Source of the DNA: Mytilus californianus | Lineage: Eukaryota | Assembly (NCBI RefSeq): GCF_021869535.1 | Contig: NW_026262712.1 | Location: forward strand, 110,422,001 to 110,486,000 | DNA length: 64,000 bases | Direction of reading: 5' to 3' | Part shown: positions 38,101 to 51,060 of the stretch, in pieces | How positions within the stretch are numbered: the first letter of the stretch is position 1 | Layout: every line of letters begins with the position of its first letter | Translations under genes and position numbers: made by a program | The notes under the pieces: model-generated | What the model saw: the letters and a program-made list of their open reading frames with translations, nothing else | The model's database searches: none | What the model was told of the DNA's origin: nothing

Positions 38101-39524
38101 TTGGCTTATACGGAGCGTTTTTTTGTTATTGCTGAATTCTTTTCCAAAGAAATTTTTATCCTATTTTGCTAGCAGCGTTTTGGCGATATTTCTAAAACGA
38201 ATGACGTTTAACAAAATTGCCAGTAATAGTAGTACAATTCTCCGTATGTTCACAAATTATCCCGAATTTCTATAATTTGGATTTCTACTTTTAAAATATA
38301 ATTTCATCGGAAACAGCCATGCATGAAAAAAAAAGAATTTATTGCAAGCAAAAAACAAACAAACAAAACATCTCGGTCTGCATAATAGCATATATAGATC
38401 ATTCGTACAAATGCTTACTTATGCGCACAAATCAATCGTCCAAATGCGACTGCCATACAAGTGAGAGGTTTAGCTAGCTATAAAACCAGGTTTAATCCAC
38501 CATTTTCTACATAAGGAAATGCCTGTACCAAGTCAGGAATATGACAGTTGTTTTCCATTCGTCAGATGTGTTTGAACTTTTTATTTTGCCATTTTTATAA
38601 AGGACTTTTCGTTTTGAATTTCCCTTGAAGTTCGGTATTTTTGTTATTTTACTTTTTATCAATAGAAATAGAAAAAGTAAAAAGTAAATAGAATAAGAAG
38701 AAGGGGAGGAAGACAACGAAGCAATTAAAGTCAAATAATGTTTTGCATCAAAGTTCTAGGCACTCGGTATCTATGCTAAATTACAATGAAAATAAATCAT
38801 GTTTACTAAAAATAAAACGTTATTTTTGTGTCGTCGACCGCCAGAAACACGACGGAACCTTCTGCATTGACTTGCATCTATAAACGTTAATATCGTCTAC
38901 TTGTATCACATGTTTTCGAAATAATTCCCGAAAGAGATTTCAACGAGACTGAAACATCAGAAGAATTCATCCTTAAACATAAAACGGCGTAAGAGTGTTA
39001 CGGTAAGTGACGCCACTAACTAGTTATCTTGCGACGTCTCTATATTATTAACCTTTAGTCCATTTTTGGTAATATCCTTTTGGCGTACGTCGGTATTTAT
39101 ACATCCCGCCATTGTGTTATTGTGCAATGGTCATTTTTTGTATTCTTGTCTTTCATTTTTGCTAATGTGCTTTGTCTATAGAGTGTCTATATACCATTTT
39201 ATTTTTCTTTGTTGACATAGTTGTTTGTTTTTGTAGTGATTGAGATAATAACACAATGTTGACTGCTGTACCCTAATTTTTGACATTTTTACCTATTACA
39301 TTGTATTATAAAAATAAGGAGTTGAAGTATGATTGCCAATGAGACAACTATCCAACAAAGTTCAAATAAAGTGGATGTTTGTATTGTTCACACATTGTTG
39401 TCAATATAATGGAATTTTATGCGACTGTCATACAAGTGAGAGGTTTAGCTAGCTATAAAACTAGTTTTAATCCATCATTTTCTACATAAGGAAATGCCTG
39501 TATTAAGTACTTTATCAATTTTTA

Positions 39525-40300
39525 TATGACACGAATCCAGGAAAGCGCTTCGGACGCACGAAGTTTATAAAGTGTTGTTTTAATATTTTAAAGCACTGGG
39601 TCGATATCGCTGACGGCTGACTATCTGTCCGCGAGAGTATCATTCGCACAATAATCAGTACTTCAGTACTGCCATAACATATAACAAATCTTTCTAAAAT
39701 TCTCCATTCATCAATTTATAAATAAAAAAACTAAGATTTCAACTCCCTCAGGCCAAGTTTGCGTTAGATGGATTCGGCTATAATTTATTCTAGGTCCTTT
39801 TTAGGTCATATAGCTCCCCAATTCTTTCGGTTCTTATACACAATTGACATACAAATATTCGGCTATGCGCTTTCGTGATGAAGGTAAATCAAGAAAAGCG
39901 CTTCAGACAAACGAAATGTATAAAGTGTTGTTTTCATTTTTTACAGAACTGGGTTGATACCGCTGCTGGTGAACTATTAGCCCCTGATTATATCACCAGC
40001 TCAGTAGTCAGTACTTCGGTACTGAAATGATGTATAACGAACCTTTCTGAAACGGTATGTTTATAAATTCATAATTTTTTAAGAAATATAGGTTTAAACT
40101 CCCTCAGGTAAATTAAGTTGATGTCTATCATTTTAGGTCCTTTTTGGTCATATATCTCTCTCTAACTGCATAATTGGCATTCAAATATTCGGTTTTGAGC
40201 ATTCCTGATGAAGGTAAATCCAGAAAAGTGCTTCAGACGCATGAAATTTATAAAGTGTTGTTTTCATTTTTTTATATCCTGGTTTGCCTACATTTAATGC
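39525..40300 (+). mobile_element. Tandem retrozyme-like array: two full units (353 and 330 nt) bounded by three hammerhead motifs
   Basis: Putative cleavage triplets TTC end at 39551, 39904 and 40234. Units 39552-39904 and 39905-40234 are homologous along their length. Best motif 40199-40240: GCATTC-CTGATGA-AGGTAAATCCA-GAAA-A GTGC TTC-AGACGC. Confidence 0.75.
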
Positions 40301-41172
40301 AGGTTTACAATACTGAATAATACTGTTTTCATAAAGTATGAACACATGGTATCTTTTATTTTTTGGTGAACTACTAGTTCTTCTTTTAATGTATATTTTA
40401 GTAACGCATAACACACAATTTGTGTATGATTAAACGAATGAACAAGCATTTTTTCCGCAATTGAGAAAGACATTCTCCATTCGTAAGGATTTTCCTTCTT
40501 GTTGTTAAATTTACTTCCAATAGGTGCCAGTAAGACATTATCTCGTATTATATCTTCAATCAGTTCTGTTGGGGGCCATTCATAATTGCGAGGTCTTGTT
40601 ATCCACTCTGCAGCTATTGTTGGCCACGAATGACATTTGTAAGTAGACAAGAAATCATACGATCCACAAATGGTAGAAGAACAAGGACCATGTATCTCTG
40701 AAAAATTCTCCAAAAATGTGCCTGTAGCATTTGGCATATTTATGTTTTGTATTAACTATTTGTAGTGTTCATTTGATAATATAATGTGGTTTCCAGAGTA
40801 CACATGGTTCGGTTGTATCCCATTTCTTTTTTTCATATGTAGCTCAATATGAACATATCCCGGTGGTGTATTTTCGAAATCTAAAAAAAGTCCATATTGC
40901 AAGTCACTTGGTATTTCAGATTTTGTATTGTATACTGTGTCCACCTGGTTGATATACATAATATCTAAGTCACTCCCTGGTAAGTCTAAGCCTTCTGATT
41001 TACTTCCACTGGTCACTACTCGCCAATTAGGACTGTACTGTAAAGCATGATCTAGCACTTTAAAGAATATCCTTCGTGCTCGGACGTCTTTTTCAGAGCC
41101 AACAATTTTGCAAAGAAAATCAAAAAGTTCAAGTGAGAAATTTGACTCTAGCATCGCGGCTGGAAATTCCAT
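40294..41172 (-). pseudogene. Truncated duplicate of the cGLR (codons 1-286) with a nonsense codon
   Basis: Matches the first 286 codons of 31552-33702 except Q139* (CAG>TAG, 40758), S151G and L265E; homology ends at the duplication junction, giving TVLF-SIVNLH*. Confidence 0.93.
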
Positions 41173-44100
41173 AGCTACAATTAAAAGAGTTATAGCATGA
41201 TCACTGAATAATGAAAAACGTAAAATATGTTTAGGTCAAGCCTTGAAATTGAAAACAAAAAGTTAAGACCTTTCAATTATGTTCTCAGTTTTAAAAATCA
41301 TAAAGAATGATAGAAACCATATAATTCATGCTTCGAAATGGCAAGCATGTGCTACAATCAAAATAGTTGTTTGTTTAAACATTTTAAACAATATATTATC
41401 GAAAAGAAACTGCTTTCAGTTCAGTGACAAGTTCAGTATAGTGTGGAGGTAGGTCCATGGTATCAATTCGGCCTAAAATCAATTATTTTTAAATATATTT
41501 TGAAAAATTTTGTTGTTGTGTTTTAGATAGAAGACACCAACATAAATCTGTAAAGCTAGGTGGATAAGATATTGCATACAACGTATATTGAATTAATTAA
41601 CGAATATTTGTCTCTAGATGTTCATTTTCTTATTGTCTGTCCTTGCTGCTTACTATCTATATATTTTTTTGGTTTTAACATAAAATATAACATGGTTACA
41701 GTAATGAGGAAAATGAAATTCTATGCACAAAATAGATCAAAAAAAATATTTAAAATGAAACGGTAACTTACTTCAATAATGATATGCACGCAACTTTTAT
41801 ATGGTAATATGTTGACTGTAGAACATGAACGATTCTGTTTTTATATACTCATGCACCTTCCGTGTTGTTCATAACGTTCCCAAAATTTGTTTTTTCATTG
41901 TTTTACTTTATAGATATTCATATTAGTTATATTGTAAAAGAAATTATTTCATTTACAAGGAAGTTGTCTAAAAATTAGTGTTTTTTAGTTAATTCTTCCT
42001 TAAAAATAAAAGAACTATGTAACCGCTTCGGTGGTCTCGTTGTATCGTGCAGGAGGTCACGGATTCAATTTCTGGCCGATTCAAACTGAAAACTTTGTTA
42101 TTCGTGGAAAACAAACTATACACAAAACAAAACTGAGAATATGCACCCTCTTTATATGTAAAAACGCTCAGTGCAATATAAAAGTTTAAGCTTAAAAACT
42201 TTACATAAATGTAGGAGTAAGCTGGACTACTCTGCATGCCTTATATTATCATATAATTGAGAATGGAAACGGGGAATGTGTCAATGAGACAACAACCCGA
42301 CCAAAAGAGCAGAAAACAGCACAAGGCCACCAAATGGGTCTTTAACACAGCGAGAAAATTCCGCACCCGGAGGCGGGCTTTAGCTGGCCCTTAAGCAATA
42401 ATGAATACTAGTTCAGCGAAAATGGAAGTCACGCTAAACTCCGAGACATATACATGATCCAAAATTGAAAAAAAATATACAAGACTAACAAAGGTCAGAG
42501 GTTCCTGTCTTGGGACAGGTGCAAACATGTGACGGGGTTAAACATGTTTTGTGAGATCTCAACTCTTAGCAAAAATATCATACATTTATATTCTGTATAA
42601 GTTGCATTTTACAAAGTATTTCTACGAGCACACATACATATACATATTTGGTGACACTTAAACGATCACAGGAGAAAAAAATAAAAACAAAAACCGGATT
42701 TCAACTGTCTTGCTATAACTTAAGCCAATGTGAAATAAACATACACACGCATGTAGTAAAACACAGTTCAAAAGTAGTCCGAGTCCGATGTTAGAATATA
42801 TGGGTAATTAAAGAAACTAAGCAAAATGACAATGACAAAAATAAATTAACAAATGGCTACTAGCAGTTACTGACATTCCAGCTCCAGACCTCAATTGCCT
42901 TAATTACCAAAATGCCAAAGCTCATGCAGCAACCTGTCATTTTTTAAAATTCAAACCAAAATTTTGACAAAATGCAAACCATTAGTACATGTATTAACAC
43001 CAGGTACATAATTTAAAAGTTGTATCTTGAAAACTGTAGTCATATACTTATTAACTTTCCAATTCAAGGGGCCAATGAATATTTACTAAAACTACAAATG
43101 AGCAATAAATACATACTTGTCCATCTTGCATTAATCATGTGTTATCTAAATGTCTTTGATTTTGTGTGTCGTTATTTGATCAGTTGCTGGCTTATTGTAT
43201 ATATCCCACATCTCCCTTTATTCCAAAAAAGGAATTTACCAAGTTGAACGCTTTATTTTTTTTTAACATTACTTGTATACTTGTTAAATAAAACTCCTTA
43301 TAAGACTGCGAATGCCCTTGGGCCTTTTTCGTTGCTTATACAGGCACCTTTTTCAATCGTCTGTGAGTCGTTTTGTTCCCCACTTTGTAAAATGGTGCGT
43401 TTTTAGTCATCTTTACTTGTACATTATGTCCAACTCAACACATCAAAAACAAATCCATCCCTGAAGACCCAAACGTAAATTAACATGAATCTAAAATAAA
43501 CATGTTAAGGATGTACACCTCTGAGGAGCCAACAATTTCTAGAATTAAACTCTTTTTCTTAACCTGATTTTTGGGTTTATATGACTGTAAAAAAATAATT
43601 GGTGAAGAAAAAATCATATGATGGTGCACTTCTTTTTTTGCTACGGCCATTTGAAAGTACCCAATTTTGAAGATTTTCCCATTTTTCATCAATTTTTACC
43701 CATTTTGAGGCTAATATTATGAAAAAAATCACAATTTCACAATTAAACTTTTTTCATACTTTCACTAAAGATGAAGTGGACCAATCTGAATAAATTTTAC
43801 TTAAAAAAAAACTATAGGTAGGTGTTAATATAAGAAAGTTTTATAAAATTTTGTTGCTTTTTCGTGTCAAATTTGCTATGCTGTCAATTTTGTAAATTTG
43901 GGATTTTTCTAAATTTTTTTTAGAACAGACAGCATATTATTTCAACTTCTTTGTTATAAATGATTGAAAAAATACATATCTAAGAAATTTGAGAAGAAAA
44001 AATTGATATGGGATGTACATATTTCTGGTAAAATTATTTCTTATACTCTTCACCCATTTTCTCAACATTTTGGCTAAAGAGACTGACTTGATTGGTTATA

Positions 44101-45986
44101 AAATGTGAAAATTTTATTACTCAAATACTACCTATTGTAAATACACAATTTTTTCACAGAGTTAATTTTGATTATAATGTTTTTTAAATGCATTGATATT
44201 TTCCACTTGTATCACATGTTTTGGAAATAATTCCAGAATGAGATTTCAACGAGACTGAAACGTAAGAAGGTCAGTTTCTTTTGTCGATTGTATAATATAG
44301 GTTAATGAAAATAATTTATTTCAGAATGAAATTGACAAAAAAAAATGTAACGAGATCTGAATAGTGTTTCCTCTGTAGTGTTTTGTAAATTTCCTACTAA
44401 TTCAATATTACATTCCACTGATTTAATTTTATTTCGTCCTAACTGAGTGCACATTTAGTGTTGACATGCCATATTTTCATGGCTTTGTTAAGTTCGGCCA
44501 AATACCATCTTTCTTCTTGAACGTTCAATGCCAACAAATCATTTTCTGTCCGAGTTTCCACGTTGGCTTATACGGAGCGTTTTTTTGTTATTGCTGAATT
44601 CTTTTCCAAAGAAATTTTTATCCTATTTTGCTAGCAGCGTTTTGGCGATATTTCTAAAACGAATGACGTTTAACAAAATTGCCAGTAATAGTAGTACAAT
44701 TCTCCGTATGTTCACAAATTATCCCGAATTTCTATAATTTGGATTTCTACTTTTAAAATATAATTTCATCGGAAACAGCCATGCATAAAAAAAAAGAAAT
44801 GTATTGCAAGCAAAAAACAAACAAACAAAACATCTCGGTCTGCATAATAGCATATATAGATCATTCGTACAAATGCTTACTTATGCGCACAAATCAATCG
44901 TCCAAATGCGACTGCCATACAAGTGAGAGGTTTAGCTAGCTATAAAACCAGGTTTAATCCACCATTTTCTACATAAGGAAATGCCTGTACCAAGTCAGGA
45001 ATATGACAGTTGTTTTCCATTCGTCAGATGTGTTTGAACTTTTTATTTTGCCATTTTTATAAAGGACTTTTCGTTTTGAATTTCCCTTGAAGTTCGGTAT
45101 TTTTGTTATTTTACTTTTTATCAATAGAAATAGAAAAAGTAAAAAGTAAATAGAATAAGAAGAAGGGGAGGAAGACAACGAAGCAATTAAAGTCAAATAA
45201 TGTTTTGCATCAAAGTTCTAGGCACTCGGTATCTATGCTAAATTACAATGAAAATAAATAATGTTTACTAAAAATAAAACGTTATTTTTGTGTCGTCGAC
45301 CGCCAGAAACACGACGGAACCTTCTGCATTGACTTGCATCTATAAACGTTAATATCGTCTACTTGTATCACATGTTTTCGAAATAATTCCCGAAAGAGAT
45401 TTCAACGAGACTGAAACATCAGAAGAATTCATCCTTAAACATAAAACGGCGTAAGAGTGTTACGGTAAGTGACGCCACTAACTAGTTATCTTGCGACGTC
45501 TCTATATTATTAACCTTTAGTCCATTTTTGGTAATATCCTTTTGGCGTACGTCGGTATTTATACATCCCGCCATTGTGTTATTGTGCAATGGTCATTTTT
45601 TGTATTCTTGTCTTTCATTTTTGCTTATGTGCTTTGTCTATAGAGTGTCTATATACCATTTTATTTTTCTTTGTTGACATAGTTGTTTGTTTTTGTAGTG
45701 ATTGAGATTATAACACAATGTTGACTGCTGTACCCTAATTTTTGACATTTTTACCTATTACATTGTATTATAAAAATAAGGAGTTGAAGTATGATTGCCA
45801 ATGAGACAACTATCCAACAAAGTTCAAATAAAATGGATGTTTGTATTGTTCACACATTGTTGTCAATATAATGGAATTTTATGCGACTGTCATACAAGTG
45901 AGAGGTTTAGCTAGCTATAAAACTAGTTTTAATCCATCATTTTCTACATAAGGAAATGCCTGTATTAAGTACTTTATCAATTTTTA

Positions 45987-46765
45987 TATGACACGAATCC
46001 AGGAAAGCGCTTCGGACGCACGAAGTTTATAAAGTGTTGTTTTAATATTTTAAAGCACTGGGTCGATATCGCTGACGGCTGACTATCTGTCCGCGAGAGT
46101 ATCATTCGCACAATAATCAGTACTTCAGTACTGCCATAACATATAACAAAACTTTCTAAAATTCTCCATTCATCAATTTATAAATAAAAAAACTAAGATT
46201 TCAACTCCCTCAGGCCAAGTTTGCCTTAGATGGATTCGGCTATAATTTATTCTAGGTCCTTTTTAGGTCATATAGCTCCCCAATTCTTTCGGTTCTTATA
46301 CACAATTGACATACAAATATTCGGCTATGCGCTTTCGTGATGAAGGTAAATCAAGAAAAGCGCTTCAGACAAACGAAATGTATAAAGTGTTGTTTTCATT
46401 TTTTACAGAACTGGGTTGATACCGCTGCTGGTGAACTATTAGCCCCTGATTATATCACCAGCTCAGTAGTCAGTACTTCGGTACTGAAATGATGTATAAC
46501 GAACCTTTCTGAAACGGTATGTTTATAAATTCATAATTTTTTAAGAAATATAGGTTTAAACTCCCTCAGGTAAATTAAGTTGATGTCTATCATTTTAGGT
46601 CCTTTTTGGTCATATATCTCTCTCTAACTGCATAATTGGCATTCAAATATTCGGTTTTGAGCATTCCTGATGAAGGTAAATCCAGAAAAGTGCTTCAGAC
46701 GCATGAAATTTATAAAGTGTTGTTTTCATTTTTTTATATCCTGGTTTGCCTACATTTAATTCAGG
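45987..46765 (+). mobile_element. Duplicate of the retrozyme-like array in copy B
   Basis: Triplets end at 46013, 46366 and 46696, each exactly 6462 nt from copy A. Confidence 0.75.
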
Positions 46766-47604
46766 TTTATAAAAAAAAACACGCGTTTTGTTATTTTAAC
46801 AATCATAGTTTATTTCCAAATTGTATAGTCATATTTTTTACCTTTATTTTACCTGTTAAATTTTCACGGGAAAGGATACTGAGTTTTACTATTAGATTAA
46901 GGGAAATTGCAAAAATACTTGTAAAAAAAATATGTGCAATCTTGTGGAAATATCTTATAAATTTATCAGACAAAATGCATTGAATTTGAGAATTATTTGA
47001 AAAAAATATATAGGAAGGTTTATCGTTTTGACAAAACATCAACAATTTTGATTAATAATAAATTGTTAGTAAAATTCTAAAATATGTAAAAAATATAATG
47101 GTGAAACTTATGAATATAATAAGTACAATTTTATTATCTATTCACCTTATTTATTGTTTAATTTTTGTTAACACTTTTTTTTGAAATTTTGATATATAGT
47201 AAACCAATAAATTCTAATAGATAAATACAACTGTTAAGTAGCAAAGCATTACAATTGATATAATGTAAACAATAATTTGCATCCAAGTTACATTCTCTTG
47301 TTTCAATCAATAATTACGAGAGCTATTTTTTTAAAGTCAGTTTTTTTAGTAGTTTGTCTAAGCTGTGAGATGTTTGGCTTACAACTCAGGAAGGTATCGA
47401 TGAAGCTGATAAAGTACACCGGTACAACAATATTTACCGACTACGTGACAGAGTTTTGGCTTGAAAGATACCGCTTTTTATGGAACGTTATGTGTCTCGT
47501 TTGAATTGTTAAACATGTTGTAATGTCGGGGCCATTTTATAGATCACTATACGGTAGTGGATTTGTTCATTGTTGAAGGCTGCACAAAGCCAGACATAAT
47601 TTAA

Positions 47605-48060
47605 GGAACTGAAACCTGGTTAGATTCATCAATAAAAGACAATACTTTCTAGACGGATATAATATATACAGAAATGACTGGAACTAAAGATGAGGGGGAG
47701 TACTCAAAGCCTTCAAAAGCGCATACATTACATCATCAGTACCAGAACTGCAAACCGACTGTGAAATTGTTTGGTGCAAGATAGAGATTGATGGACATAA
47801 AACGGTCTATCTCTTCCGTTATTACAAACCTAAAACATCAAATGACAAGGGATATACTGAATATGGAATCAGCATTGAAAGAGCTAGTAAAATAAGAAAT
47901 ACTTTTAACATCTCAGCTGGTGACTTCAGCATACCGGGCTGGGATTGGTCTTGCAAAGAAATTAAGCTGCACACAGTATGACTCATTAAAGCAAGTGTCA
48001 TTGACGAATTCATCATAAAGACGGCAATTTTTTTTAGAAGTTGCATTGATTGTATCGGAA
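47605..48060 (+). mobile_element. Decayed LINE apurinic-type endonuclease fragment (CR1/L2-like)
   Basis: Frameshifted pieces GTETWLDSSIKD, GYNIYRND, CEIVWCKIEIDG, AGDFSIPGWDW. Confidence 0.75.
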
Positions 48061-50932
48061 TTACAAACGTTGATCACATGCCGATTTATTATAGAAATAA
48101 TTCACGGCTTGCAGATTAAGAGCCCTCTACTCGGAAGTCCGAGTGTATCCAGGCTGAAAAGTACGTAGCACTTTCCTTTTTGACTGCAGGCAAAATAATT
48201 TCACCAGCAACGTCCCTTTGCGAGAGAAAGGTAAAACATTAAACTCCGTGTTAGAAAATGCCACACTCTCACCACTTGTAAAAAAACCCTTGCAGCAACT
48301 ATTTTCAAATGAACCTTAAAATTGGTTAAAGTCTCCGTACTTACACAACGCTCCATAATTTATACGAACAGTTGCAACCACATTTGTTGTTATCCAAAAC
48401 CCATTTTGCATACATCTTTTCATGATCATTGGACATAATATGTTTCATGTTCATGGCCTGAATATAAAACCTTTATTTGTTACTTAAATGTTAATACCGC
48501 TCGATCAATCGATCAATTTTGGTATATCATTAGGAATGTAATGCATCTGATAAACATGTATACATGTGTGTGTAATAAGGTACATCGCCATATTAAAAAG
48601 TCTTTTCATCTATCCTTTTTTTTTATCAGCTGACATACGAGAGGGAGGCTAATCATCGAGTTAGAGTTCGAGTTAGAGTTAAAATTCGAGTTCGAGTTAA
48701 AATTTAAGATCGCAATTTCATTGTTGACGGACAAGTGATCACAGTGGGTGTACCTACATCTAAGCTTTTTATTTTGTTTTCTCGTTGATTTTTTTTTGCT
48801 AAACTTCCAATGGCAAATATAACATGAATATCAGCACGAAAACAGTTTCCTGTGATTTGAATACTCTTTCACAAGACGGACTTTTAATGTTTGGTTACAT
48901 TGTAGTAGTATTCCGGAAGACATGTTATTCTACACAAATATATGTGTTAAATATTCGACTTATTGCAGACTTTTAAAGTTTAAGATGATGGTCTTATTTT
49001 TTTAGAATTTGCTGGTCCCACGGCCCCAATGAGTTTTAAAAAAAAAGGCCGTCAGACGTCAGAGCAATCTCGGACTAATTGTTTTGATATCTCGCATCTG
49101 CCATATGTATGGTATATCTAGAAATTGTCTCTGATATAGCTTTTCTGAAGTATTATTCATTAAGGTTTTACTTACACGACTTCAGGATTATTAAATTGCT
49201 ATGGTATTTTTTTTTTTAAGTTCACTATTCAGTTTGAAGGAATACTACAAAATATGATAAAAAAGAGTTTTTTTTTTCTGTGCCTAATTATATAAATTAA
49301 GTAAGCCTGTACTAGGCATTAAAGAAAGGTCGAGTAAAATGTACTATATATGACGGTGCTGAATGACAGTTTCTTTGATTTCAATAGCAACTTGAGTGAT
49401 TTTATCGGGTGTTCTTTTCAAATACCTTTTGTTATTGGATTTCCATTGACAGGACTGTAGGGTTTTTATATTACAACATATAGTATTACCCTGCGAATTA
49501 GTCGTGTGCATGTCCCAAAAAAGAGAGGCGGATGGTACCAAAGGGACATTTACACCCATAAGTCGAAGAAACTGACAAAGCCGTGAAAGAAAAACAGCAG
49601 AACGACGAAATGAAAAATAATAAATCACAATATTAAAAACAACAAAGTGAGCAACACGAACCCCACCAAAAACCGGGATGATCTCAGGTTCTCTGGAAGA
49701 GTAAGCAGAATCTTCTGCTCTACATGTACATGTAGCACGTACCGTCGTATTGTTCATGTACGGGTACAGTCATGTTTGTTGATAAATTTCAATCGGTGGT
49801 GTTACATGTGAGGAGAAGTGGAAGACACTTGGAACATTTCATTCGTCAAATGTGAAATAAATAATATTAATATGAAACGTCACTTTAAGCGGGAAGTCAT
49901 TTTAGAAATAAGCGACTCTTACGATGTCATAATACGGTTACGACACTATAGCGAAGAGCGATGTGTAGAAACAATTGTGTGATTTCCCTTTTGATAAGCA
50001 GAATCAGTCTAAGGACTATTTTTCTAAGATTTCCGAACACGTTAATGTCTCACAATTTTAACTATACGTTAACTCGGGACGAAGTTAAAAGAAGTGTTAA
50101 CTCGGATCGTGACTCCATTTGACCCAGGCGGATTTTGGTTTGGTCTACTCCATACAAAAGCAAGAGTGATGGTCCCGATTCTAGAAACTGAACAGACTTC
50201 TAGGTTATCGGTAACGGCGGTCAAATAGAGGTGGTGGAGGTTCGGAAAACTTTGAAAGAAGTTCAATGTTCAAATGATAGAGATACAGTTTGTTTCCTTC
50301 AGCATACCAATACTTTATTCAGTTTGAAACGAACTTATATAAAAATCTACAAAATACTAATCAGTTTGGTCTTCTTCTTTAGTCATCTCGTGTCTAATAA
50401 GTGTATGGGTGTTCTTTTGATAACTAATAGACCGATTATGTTGTAGTATACAAAGAAGAGGAATCATAACTATCAACGAAGGAGACAAAATAACGTTTAA
50501 ACGAACTTGCCTTATCCAAGACTTACGAAGAGACTCACTCCAGACATAGTTGATGCCAGTATTGAATTATATTTAGCTTTGAGGGAGAAGAATGATACCA
50601 ATTTAAAAAAAAAATAAACGAAACACGCCTTTGAAAAACGACGAAAAGACAAACAAAAGTAAACACTGAACAGAAAACTAAGATACGAAAAAGTAATAAC
50701 TCTGTCTTGAAATAAGCCCAACATTATGAGATCTGCAAATTTACAAAAGCAAATTGTGGTTCTTCTCTCAGTGGGATGTAAACTGATGCCTCTGTGACAT
50801 TATGGCAACACCATATGCACTATAAATTAAATTGTTAAGGGTAGATAACTCCTAATATTCACCGACGATTTACGTATCATGTTCATGTGATTTGCATTAA
50901 TCCGTGCACGGTTTAACAAGGAGAAGTGTTTC

Positions 50933-51060
50933 NNNNNNNNNNNNNNNNNNNNNNNNNNNNNNNNNNNNNNNNNNNNNNNNNNNNNNNNNNNNNNNNNNNN
51001 NNNNNNNNNNNNNNNNNNNNNNNNNNNNNNNNNNNNNNNNNNNNNNNNNNNNNNNNNNNN
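50933..51060. other. Assembly gap (128 N)
   Basis: Run of N in the sequence. Confidence 1.

Larger units (their letters stand above)
32845..46769. repeat. Near-identical tandem segmental duplication: copy A about 32845-40307, copy B about 40315-46769
   Basis: Offset is 7470 to the left of the MITE (ATG 33702/41172) and 6462 at the right end (40281/46743); paired short ORFs such as 36560/43020 and 38066/44528 are identical. Confidence 0.97.

Noticed and set aside
31552-41172. Bacterial CBASS operon or horizontally acquired CD-NTase
   Set aside because: No operon or effector genes nearby; the motifs and the splice acceptor before the ATG match animal Mab-21/cGLR genes.
35528-46414. Paired identical short ORFs (for example 36560/43020, 37020/43480, 38066/44528, 38507/44969) as conserved genes
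   Set aside because: Identity is explained by the recent tandem duplication; no recognisable domains, and some derive from interspersed repeats.
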